Source: Eledone cirrhosa
Taxonomy: Eukaryota
Length of the DNA: 64,000 nucleotides
Assembly (NCBI GenBank): GCA_964016885.1
Contig: OZ024746.1
Location: 7,192,001-7,256,000, forward strand
Reading direction: 5' to 3'
Part shown: one piece after another, positions 54,161 through 64,000 of the stretch
Numbering within the stretch: the first letter of the stretch is position 1
Layout of the letters: each line of letters begins with the position of its first letter
The notes under the pieces: generated by a model
Seen by the model: the letters and a program-made list of their open reading frames with translations, nothing else
Told to the model about the DNA's origin: nothing
Databases searched by the model: none
Position numbers and translations under genes: made by a program

Positions 54161-54396
54161 CATCATCACCATTATAACATCTTAGTTTTCATGCTTTTTA
54201 GGTCAGTTTTATTTTATTTACACAAACAAAATACCTGTGCCGCTGGCTCTGCATGTGGAAATCTGTACTATACTTTGGCTTCAGGAAAGGCATGTTGCTG
54301 TAGAATGATGCTTCCAAAAATATTTTGTCTATCCCATGCTAACATGGAAAACTATGATAATGAAGAGGATTTATTTTGGGACTCTCTGATTGCTAC

Positions 54397-54626
54397 TTAA
54401 CCCTTTAGTTACCAACCCAGCCAAAACTAGCTATGATTCGATGAAATAAAACCACCCATTTTAAAGGTTTCCAATTTAAATTAATATCTTCCAACATAAT
54501 TTTATGTAAGAACCTTACATTAAATTACTATCTTAGTTATGAAATAATTAATAATTTTAGTAAATCCTTCATTAATTAATTAAAATAGAATGTATTTCAT
54601 TTAAAAAGTGGTCATGAAAGGGTTAA
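54397..54626 (+). mobile_element. piggyBac-type MITE family 1, complete copy
   Basis: TTAA-CCCTTT..AAAGGG-TTAA; internal TTAA begins 64 nt after the terminal TTAA. Confidence 0.88.
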
Positions 54627-55117
54627 GTGTGCACAGATTCTTCATGGCTAAAGCCAGAAACTGGAAACATACCTAAAGTTGTCTCCCATATTTGTTGGAA
54701 AAATGAAAATATTAGTCATTGACTAATATTGCTTTATTTTCTTTACTTCATAATCATTTATATTTCAGTTTTTAATGTTCCATACATTATGTTATGAGTA
54801 ATTGTGACACCTCCAGCCACAACCTGGTGTATTCGACTGCTCTCTGATAGGTTTGTGGTAGAGACTTCCCCGGGCCACAGCCCTACTGCTGGTGGAGCAG
54901 AGTTAACCTCCTGCAAGTACAAACCCCTCCTCAGGAGGTGAAGTGGTTGTTCCAGTGCATGTCCCTCACCGAGATGATGAGGTGGACTGACTCTTAATTT
55001 GCATTGATAGACCTGAAAACCGTTAGACTAAAATGTTTTGATTGCTTAAATGAAATTATTTTCAAAAATACAGTCTAGGTAAACTGTTCCCTAAACCTAG
55101 GTAATCTGATATAATGA

Positions 55118-58100
55118 AGACAAGAAATTACCTCCCAGATGTAATGAAGGGGTGGGGCTCACTAGACAAGAAAATACCTCCCAGATGTAATGAAGGGGTG
55201 GGGCTCACTAGAGACAAGAAAATACCTCCCAGATGTAATGAAGGGGTGGGGCTCACTAGACAAGAAAATACCTCCCAGATGTAATGAAGGGTTGGGGCTC
55301 ACTAGACAAGAAAATACCTCCCAGATGTAATGAAGGGGTGGGGCTCACTAGACAAGAAAATACTTCCCAGATGTAATGAAGGGGTGGGGCTCACTAGAGA
55401 CAAGAAATTACCTCCCAGATGTAATGAAGGGGTGGGGCTCACTAGAGACAAGAAAATACCTCCCAGATGTAATGAAGGGGTGGGGCTCACTAGACAAGAA
55501 AATACCTCCCAGATGTAATGAAGGGGTGGGGCTCACTAGAGACAAGAAATTACCTCCCAGATGTAATGAAGGGGTGGGGCTCACTAGAGACAAGAAAATA
55601 CCTCCCAGATGTAATGAAGGGGTGGGGCTCACTAGAGACAAGAAAATACCTCCCAGATGTAATGAAGGGGTGGGGCTCACTAGAGACAAGAAATTACCTC
55701 CCAGATGTAATGAAGGGGTGGGGCTCACTAGAGACAAGAAATTACCTCCCAGATGTAATGAAGGGGTGGGGCTCACTAGACAAGAAATTACCCCTCAGAT
55801 GTAATGAAGGGGTGGGGCTCACTAGAGACAAGAAATTACCTCCCAGATGTAATGAAGGGGTGGGGCTCACTAGAGACAAGAAATTACCCCTCAGATGTAA
55901 TGAAGGGGTGGGGCTCACTAGAGACAAGAAATTACCCCTCAGATGTAATGAAGGGGTGGGGCTCACTAGAGACAAATTACCCCTCAGATGTAATGAAGGG
56001 GTGGGGCTCACTAGAGACAAGAAAATACCTCCCAGATGTAATGAAGGGGTGGGGCTCACTAGACAAGAAAATACCTCCCAGATGTAATGAAGGGGTGGGG
56101 CTCACTAGAGACAAGAAAATACCTCCCAGATGTAATGAAGGGGTGGGACTCACTAGAGACAAGAAAATACCTCCCAGATGTAATGAAGGGGTGGGGCTCA
56201 CTAGAGACAAGAAAATACCTCCCAGATGTAATGAAGGGGTGGGACTCACTAGAGACAAGAAATTACCTCCCAGATGTAATGAAGGGGTGGGGCTCACTAG
56301 ACAAGAAAATACCTCCCAGATGTAATGAAGGGGTGGGGCTCACTAGACAAGAAATTACCTCCCAGATGTAATGAAGGGGTGGGGCTCACTAGACAAGAAA
56401 ATACCTCCCAGATGTAATGAAGGGGTGGGGCTCACTAGACAAGAAATTACCTCCCAGATGTAATGAAGGGGTGGGGCTCACTAGACAAGAAAATACCTCC
56501 CAGATGTAATGAAGGGGTGGGACTCACTAGAGACAAGAAAATACCTCCCAGATGTAATGAAGGGGTGGGGCTCACTAGAGACAAGAAAATACCTCCCAGA
56601 TGTAATGAAGGGGTGGGACTCACTAGAGACAAGAAATTACCTCCCAGATGTAATGAAGGGGTGGGGCTCACTAGACAAGAAAATACCTCCCAGATGTAAT
56701 GAAGGGGTGGGGCTCACTAGAGACAAGAAAATACCTCCCAGATGTAATGAAGGGGTGGGGCTCACTAGAGACAAGAAATTACCTCCCAGATGTAATGAAG
56801 GGGTGGGGCTCACTAGAGACAAGAAATTACCTCCCAGATGTAATGAAGGGGTGGGGCTCACTAGACAAGAAATTACCCCTCAGATGTAATGAAGGGGTGG
56901 GGCTCACTAGAGACAAGAAATTACCTCCCAGATGTAATGAAGGGGTGGGGCTCACTAGAGACAAGAAATTACCCCTCAGATGTAATGAAGGGGTGGGGCT
57001 CACTAGAGACAAGAAATTACCCCTCAGATGTAATGAAGGGGTGGGGCTCACTAGAGACAAATTACCCCTCAGATGTAATGAAGGGGTGGGGCTCACTAGA
57101 GACAAGAAAATACCTCCCAGATGTAATGAAGGGGTGGGGCTCACTAGACAAGAAAATACCTCCCAGATGTAATGAAGGGGTGGGGCTCACTAGAGACAAG
57201 AAAATACCTCCCAGATGTAATGAAGGGGTGGGACTCACTAGAGACAAGAAAATACCTCCCAGATGTAATGAAGGGGTGGGGCTCACTAGAGACAAGAAAA
57301 TACCTCCCAGATGTAATGAAGGGGTGGGACTCACTAGAGACAAGAAATTACCTCCCAGATGTAATGAAGGGGTGGGGCTCACTAGACAAGAAAATACCTC
57401 CCAGATGTAATGAAGGGGTGGGGCTCACTAGACAAGAAATTACCTCCCAGATGTAATGAAGGGGTGGGGCTCACTAGACAAGAAAATACCTCCCAGATGT
57501 AATGAAGGGGTGGGGCTCACTAGACAAGAAATTACCTCCCAGATGTAATGAAGGGGTGGGGCTCACTAGACAAGAAAATACCTCCCAGATGTAATGAAGG
57601 GGTGGGACTCACTAGAGACAAGAAAATACCTCCCAGATGTAATGAAGGGGTGGGGCTCACTAGAGACAAGAAAATACCTCCCAGATGTAATGAAGGGGTG
57701 GGACTCACTAGAGACAAGAAATTACCTCCCAGATGTAATGAAGGGGTGGGGCTCACTAGACAAGAAAATACCTCCCAGATGTAATGAAGGGGTGGGGCTC
57801 ACTAGAGACAAGAAAATACCTCCCAGATGTAATGAAGGGGTGGGACTCACTAGAGACAAGAAAATACCTCCCAGATGTAATGAAGGGGTGGGACTCACTA
57901 GAGACAAGAAAATACCTCCCAGATGTAATGAAGGGGTGGGGCTCACTAGAGACAAGAAAATACCTCCCAGATGTAATGAAGGGGTGGGGCTCACTAGAGA
58001 CAAGAAAATACCTCCCAGATGTAATGAAGGGGTGGGACTCACTAGAGACAAGAAATTACCTCCCAGATGTAATGAAGGGGTGGGACTCACTAGAGACAAG

Positions 58101-58683
58101 AAAATACCTCCCAGATGTAATGAAGGGGTGGGACTCACTAAAGACAAGAAATTACCTCCCAGATGTAATGAAGGGGTGGGGCTCACTAGAGACAAGAAAA
58201 TACCTCCCAGATGTAATGAAGGGGTGGGACTCACTAGAGACAAGAAATTACCTCCCAGATGTAATGAAGGGGTGGGGCTCACTAGAGACAAGAAAATACC
58301 TCCCAGATGTAATGAAGGGGTGGGACTCACTAGAGACAAGAAATTACCTCCCAGATGTAATGAAGGGGTGGGACTCACTAGAGACAAGAAAATACCTCCC
58401 AGATGTAATGAAGGGGTGGGGCTCACTAGACAAGAAAATACCTCCCAGATGTAATGAAGGGGTGGGGCTCACTAGACAAGAAAATACCTCCCAGATGTAA
58501 TGAAGGGGTGGGGCTCACTAGACAAGAAAATACCTCCCAGATGTAATGAAGGGGTGGGGCTCACTAGACAAGAAAATACCTCCCAGATGTAATGAGTGGG
58601 TGGGGCTCACTAGAGACAAGAAATTACCCCTCAGATGTAATGAAGGGGTGGGGCTCACTAGAGACAAGAAAATACCTCCCAGA
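55118..58683. repeat. 46-48-bp minisatellite, about 75 copies, intronic
   Basis: Unit GACAAGAAA(A/T)TACCTCCCAGATGTAATGAAGGGGTGGGGCTCACTA(GA). Confidence 0.98.
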
Positions 58684-58771
58684 TTTTGAATTCTAAAACC
58701 CAAACCTCATATCCTAACAATCCCTTAACCACTCTGATTCTTCATGATTTTTTGGTATTGAATAAATTGAC

Positions 58772-59350
58772 TATCCAGTTTAAAATAGGTACACTTTAAC
58801 CCTGGGTTGTATATAACAGCTATATGGTTTGTTACAAGAGAGGACATCTATCCAGTTTAAAATACCTTATCCCTGTGTTGTATATAACAGCTATATGGTT
58901 TGTTACAAGAGAGGACATCTATCCAGTTTAAAATATCTTATCCCTGTGTTGTATATAACAGCTATATGGTTTGTTACAAGAGAGGACATCTATCCAGTTT
59001 AAAATACCTTATCCCTGTGTTGTATATAACAGCTATATGGTTTGTTACAAGAGAGGACATCTATCCAGTTTAAAATACCTTATCCCTGTGTTGTATATAA
59101 CAGCTATATGGTTTGTTACAAGAGAGGACATCTATCCAGTTTAAAATACCTTATCCCTGTGTTGTATATAACATCTATATGGTTTGTTACAAGAGAGGAC
59201 ATCTATCCAGTTTAAAATATCTTATCCCTGTGTTGTATATAACAGCTATATGGTTTGTTACAAGAGAGGACATCTATCCAGTTTAAAATATCTTATCCCT
59301 GTGTTGTATATAACAGCTATATGGTTTGTTACAAGAGAGGACATCTATCC
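58772..59350. repeat. 71-bp minisatellite, about 8 copies
   Basis: TATCCAGTTTAAAATA at 58849, 58920 and so on. Confidence 0.95.
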
Positions 59351-59568
59351 ATAAAACATTGATGGTTTTGGTTATTTTCTATTTGCATGTTTTTTATAAA
59401 ATCCACTGTGTTGTAGTATCACATTGTCTTTCTACCATCCCTGTTGTATTTGAGCCCTTGTGGCTAATATGGAAATCATCATAATCATTGTTATTATTAT
59501 CATTATTACTACTATTATTATCATTATTGCAACTATTATTATCATCATTCCCAAAATATATTTTTCAG

Positions 59569-59667
59569 GGCAAAATTGAATTCTGTGATGGAATCTATAC
59601 CGAAAAGCAAGAAAAATAAGCGATGTAATCTTCACTCCTTAGATACACATAAAACAAGACCATTTGC
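59569..59667 (+). CDS. GGNBP2: GGNBP2 coding exon (GAKLNSVMESIPKSKKNKRCNLHSLDTHK)
   Basis: tttcag| acceptor, GC|gtgag donor, 99 nt; IPKSKKNKRC.LHSLDTHK is a conserved family motif. Confidence 0.96.
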
Positions 59668-59719
59668 GTGAGAACCAATTTTCCTTTCATTAATTATCTT
59701 GTATTTATATTTGAAAAGT

Positions 59720-60210
59720 GATGGCAGGCTGGAAGCTGAATTAAGTGCAAGAATTGCACGAGCTGATGCAGTAATACACCAGCTTCAGAATTCGTATTTG
59801 TGCCAACCCTACCTATGGTCATGAATCCTGGGTAATGACCAAGAGAATACAATCTCGAATACAAGCAGCTGAAATGAAGTTCCTTTGAAGGGTCTTTGGA
59901 GTAACGTGACTCAATAGTGTGTAGCTTGGAGATCAGAGAGTCACTCCAGATAGTTGCTACTTCTCCGAATTAGTACTATGGTATGTGGTTAGAATGTCTC
60001 AGGAAAGAATTGCTGGACAGATTTAGTCAAAACCAACCGGCAGAGACCCAGGAGTAGATCCTGAGCAAGATGGTTGGATAACATCCATGAGTTTGGCTGA
60101 TCTCACTTGGAGATCCAGCCGAATCAGTTGGAAACAGTTGCTTCTGACACTGGAAAGAGTGAGGACTGTCCCCACAACCCTCTCAGGGATAAGTGGGTGA
60201 AGAAGAAGAG
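59720..60210 (+). mobile_element. Rex3/Expander-like RTE LINE 3' fragment
   Basis: TYGHESWVMTKRIQSRIQAAEMKFL remnant; (GAA)n tail. Confidence 0.7.
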
Positions 60211-60282
60211 TAAATTATATTTTTACTATTTGAAAATAATTGTATTCATTATTTGTGTTTTGTTTTTGTTTTTTTAATTTAG

Positions 60283-60393
60283 TAGCTGGATTGATATTTG
60301 GGATCTGTTATCACAAGAGTGTAGAGAAGAAGTTGTGTTGGTAGATGTTGATGGTCTACAAGATACTTTGGAAGCTTATCTACGTAAACACCG
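60283..60393 (+). CDS. GGNBP2: GGNBP2 coding exon (SWIDIWDLLSQECREEVVL..YLRKHR)
   Basis: tttag| acceptor, CG|gtaat donor, 111 nt; SQECR.EVVL and YLRKHR motifs. Confidence 0.96.
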
Positions 60394-60539
60394 GTAATTA
60401 CATCTTGAAATGTTAATTCTGACTATTGATAAATGCTATACAGCTGGTCCCTGTTTTTAGTTTTCTAGTGAGCTGGCAAAAACAAACCTCAGTGAATTTT
60501 TAGCTGTTTAGGTACTGAGGTTAATTTTACTTAATTTTA

Positions 60540-60717
60540 CTGAAAAGTTCATAAGTTGACTATGGAGTGATGCTAGAGCTGTGAAATCTTTCATGCATTA
60601 ATTCCAACTTTTCTTATTAACTGTATTGGTTACTTTCTAGAGACTGTTGAAAAATAAACCTCATTTGGTCATTCCATGAGAGTATCTTGGTCAGCCTATG
60701 AACTTCTCAGCCAATCC
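60540..60717. mobile_element. mariner-like MITE (inverted partner at 62036-62210)
   Basis: TIR-like GAAAAGTTCATA(A/G)G(T/C)TGAC at both ends. Confidence 0.65.
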
Positions 60718-60829
60718 TTTTAAAATCATATAGAGGTTAGGCCACATTTCTAGGCCTGAGATCAAGTGAAGGAAGCTACTAAGTTTCTGCTAGTGTTTCT
60801 ATAGATTTAGTAGTTCAGTGGTACCATGA

Positions 60830-60960
60830 TATTATAGGAGAATGTCAGCAGCCCCGTCTGAGGAAGGAGCCTCACAAGGTGGTGTGGCTGTTGCAGTGGG
60901 TGTCGCTGGCCATTGTCCACGGAAATGCCTTTGTAGTTTTGCCTGCGAGCCGCAGCTAAA
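60830..60960 (+). mobile_element. CRE-clade-like non-LTR retrotransposon 3' fragment
   Basis: Translates to EPHKVVWLLQWVSLAIVHGNAFVVL*, resembling the EPRE..WL.QR.SLAI.RGNA C-terminus of REL-endonuclease CRE elements. Confidence 0.5.
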
Positions 60961-61387
60961 AACACCACCCCCAACCTAAGTGTAGATCCTGTCCCGTTCC
61001 CCCCTTCTTCCATTACCTAATAGTCCTTGCTCTTACCCTCTTTTTCTTATTTATGGCATTTATAGTCCTTTCCTCTACTTTCATCTAAAGCCAGATCAAC
61101 CCTTCTCTCCTCCCTTTTTTAAAAATATTTCCATCACTGTATAACTTCTGTCTGTAAAATATAGTTGACATATGTTTATAATTACAGTTGTCGTCAATAA
61201 TATGTTGACTGATTGTGTTATCTTGTCACTGAGGTTGTGACTAGAGACAAATAAAATTTCACTGGCCTACTTATATTATGTTTTCCAAATGGTAGCTATA
61301 AGTAGCAATAAAGTGGTAGATATTTTCTGTATGTTTTGTTACACGCGGGGGCGCGCGCGCACACACACACACACACGCACGCACGCA

Positions 61388-61470
<83 letters not shown>

Positions 61471-61754
61471 GCTGGGAAAACAAATGTAAGATGATACACA
61501 TATACAATACCATGGTCGTCTTCTGCACAGTTTCTGGTTTCTGTCTCCCATTACTTAGGTTTTGGTTAACCTGAGTCTATCAGTAGAAGATAGTTACTTG
61601 CTCGTGGTGATATGTAGTGAGATCAAAATTGGAATCGTATTTGAGACCCGAGAGTAAGAGCCAATACAAAAATAAAATGAATAATATTTATTATTTTACT
61701 TTATGTATATATTATTTATACATTTTATATATTTATCTTTCTTCTTTTTTTTAG

Positions 61755-61958
61755 GTTTTGTGCTGAATGTAAATCTAAAGTTTTACGTGCATTTGGTATA
61801 TTAATATGTGAAATAGACTATACAAAAGAGAAGGGTTATTGCCCTTCATTGTATGACCATTTACGTTGTTGTCCACAGGAGAGACATATACATATTGAAT
61901 GTGATACTGAATATCTGTCTCGGCTTATTGGCAGAGCTGAACCAGAGTTAGCTGGAAG
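61755..61958 (+). CDS. GGNBP2: GGNBP2 coding exon (FCAECKSKVLRAF..GRAEPELAG)
   Basis: ttttag| acceptor, AG|gtaac donor, 204 nt; KEKGYC..LY..LRCCP.ERHIH motif. Confidence 0.96.
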
Positions 61959-62035
61959 GTAACTATACTTTATCGCATACTTCTATAAAGGTTGGACCCT
62001 TATCTTTTTAGTGCAGCTATTGTAAATTACCTTGG

Positions 62036-62210
62036 GGATCGGTTGAAAAGTTCATAGGCTGACCAAGATACTCTCATGAAATGACCAAATGAGGTTTATT
62101 TTTAACATAGTTCCTGGAAAGAAACAATGCAGTTATTAAGAGATGAAATTAATACATGCAAGATTTTACAGCTCTAGCATCACTCCTTCATAGTCAGCCT
62201 ATCCTCGTAT
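62036..62210. mobile_element. mariner-like MITE, inverted relative to 60540-60717
   Basis: Body is the reverse complement of the 60540 copy. Confidence 0.65.
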
Positions 62211-62697
62211 ATACTTCTGGACCTTGTTGTTTAACTCCAGGTCATCCCTACATTTATAGGACCAATGATGAAGGCCATCCCAGCCATTTCATCTTTCTTC
62301 AAGACATAGATTATCTCAAACTTCATTATCGCTGGTCTTTTTCTTTTAAGATGGTAGGGTGTGAATTAAGAGATATCTAGCTGCTATTTCTAGCAAGATG
62401 AATGACCCAGGTAATTTCAGAGAAAGAAGGGCAACCATGAGCCTCTTTTCAGACTGTTCAATGAAAAAGGGATTGGGGTTCTGCAGTAGAAAGCAACACA
62501 AGCTAATTATCCTCAGACTGAAGACAGAAGAACCAATACGCTTACAATAAAGTTAACTTCACTTCACTAAAGCCACCTGATGTTATTTTTATGTTTTAAC
62601 CCTTTAATGACCATATTTCTAATGAAATACACGGTATTTTGATTAATTAATGGAAGAATTTGGAGGGAATTTACTAAAATTATATTTCATTATTAAG

Positions 62698-62886
62698 GGT
62701 GGATTAGCAGTATCGGTAGAGGGTCGGACGCCATGCTTTGATGCATAGGGTTACGGCCCTTATCATTCTGAGTTCAAATCCCGCCAAGGTTAACTTTGCC
62801 TTTCATCCTTACGGGGTCGATAAAATAAAGTACCAGTAATGTACTGGATAATTGCTGGCCTTGTGCCAAAAGTAGAAACAATTATT
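62698..62886 (+). mobile_element. SINE family A copy interrupting a MITE
   Basis: Matches 19858-20043; preceded by the TTAACCCTTT MITE end near 62596. Confidence 0.8.
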
Positions 62887-63141
62887 AAGCTGGTTTTTGT
62901 ATCAAAATGTTTTTATATAAAATTGTGGTTTTGTTTTATATAATCAGAGAAAGTTTTGACTGGCATGGTATTAAAAAAGTTAAATGAATCTCAAGAAAGA
63001 AAAATGTATTTCATATATAGCTTTCATCATTTTAAATATTTGATAATTTGATTTTGAAGATTATATTTTTATTTTCTTTGATTCCTATTGTTTTAATCAA
63101 ACTTTTTTTGTGTTTGTGTTTTTTTTTATTATTATTTTTAG

Positions 63142-63319
63142 TAGCCGCCGTGATAGACATGCAAAGACACTGGACATTGCACAAGAGGAGGTCCTTACTT
63201 GTTTAGGCATCCATCTTCATGAAAGAATGTATCGAATATGGCGGGAATTAAAAGCTGAAGAGCAGACTTGGCAGATATTGTTTTATTTAGGAATTAATGC
63301 CTTAAAGAAAGGCTTTGAA
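63142..63319 (+). CDS. GGNBP2: GGNBP2 coding exon (RRDRHAKTLDIAQEEVLTCLGIHL..KKGFE); alternative start at 63145
   Basis: ttttag|tag| tandem acceptor, GAA|gtaagt donor; RHAKT.DIAQEEVLTCLG family motif. Confidence 0.96.
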
Positions 63320-64000
63320 GTAAGTTCCAAATTGAAGTCTTTTTATTGTTGTGAGGCATTTATTTTTATTGATAATATCAAACCTTCTCAACTTATTATT
63401 GTGGTTGTTGTTGGTACTCACTTTATGTATTCAATTGAATTCAAAGTTCTTATTTTTTTCTTCCTATTATTTCATGATTTCAACATAAAAGCCGGTAATC
63501 TACTGGGGTCAGTTTCTTTTCTCCCAACTGAGTGTTTCATTCCAAAAGAAGAAATGAATTGCTTTGACATGTTGTTCAAGTCCGGTCTTTTGAAATTTGT
63601 TTGCAACATATTTCAAGCAATGGATATTTTTAATTCCCTCTAGGTTTTAACTAATGTCTAAGAAAATGATTTTTTTTCCTTCCAAAATTTTATGTAAACA
63701 TTGAGTCAAAAGTAGGAACTTTTATCAGTCACTGTTAGTAAACTAGTTTCTGTTTGATTCACCAGCAGTGGTTGTGGCCATTGTGGGACAGCAGGGAATA
63801 TATTGGTCTAGTAAAATTGTCATTTGTTTACTACACCATTATCATAAAGACAAGTACATAGTTAACATAGAGAGCAACTGAAATAGGTGCTGGCTTGGCT
63901 GTGTGGCTTTTGGCTTCAGAACTATAAGACAAGTACATGGTTAACATAGAGAGCAATTGAAATAGATGCTGGCTTGGCTGTGTGGCTGTTGGCTTCAGAA

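Noticed and set aside
55302-58703. Repetitive ORFs and a CRISPR-like appearance
   Set aside because: Tandem units with no unique spacers; frames switch with 2-bp indels; eukaryotic intron; no cas genes
63320-63643. C-terminal extension of the 177-aa ORF
   Set aside because: Intron read-through past the GAA|gtaagt donor; no family similarity

Overview
AT-rich, repeat-dense animal genomic DNA. The microsatellite, SINE and RTE-LINE landscape suggests a coleoid cephalopod such as Octopus (inference only). The one clear host gene is a + strand GGNBP2 orthologue, with six internal coding exons reconstructed between 40570 and 63319. It continues past the window end, and I could not securely place its N-terminal exon. 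The rest is mostly mobile and repetitive DNA: RTE LINEs with a PHD-like finger inside the RT region, a DD37D/maT transposon relic, CR1-, Rex3- and CRE-like LINE fragments, tRNA-derived SINEs, TTAA-inserting piggyBac-type MITEs, Helitron-like elements and large minisatellites. Most notable: (i) several different type-I hammerhead ribozyme motifs next to (AT)n tracts, as expected for Penelope-like element remnants; (ii) two opposite-orientation tandem arrays of the same 64-bp TTAA-bounded MITE end; (iii) a possible spliced antisense transcript; (iv) many inverted-repeat pairs around GGNBP2 exons. All calls were made by eye, and repeat boundaries are approximate.
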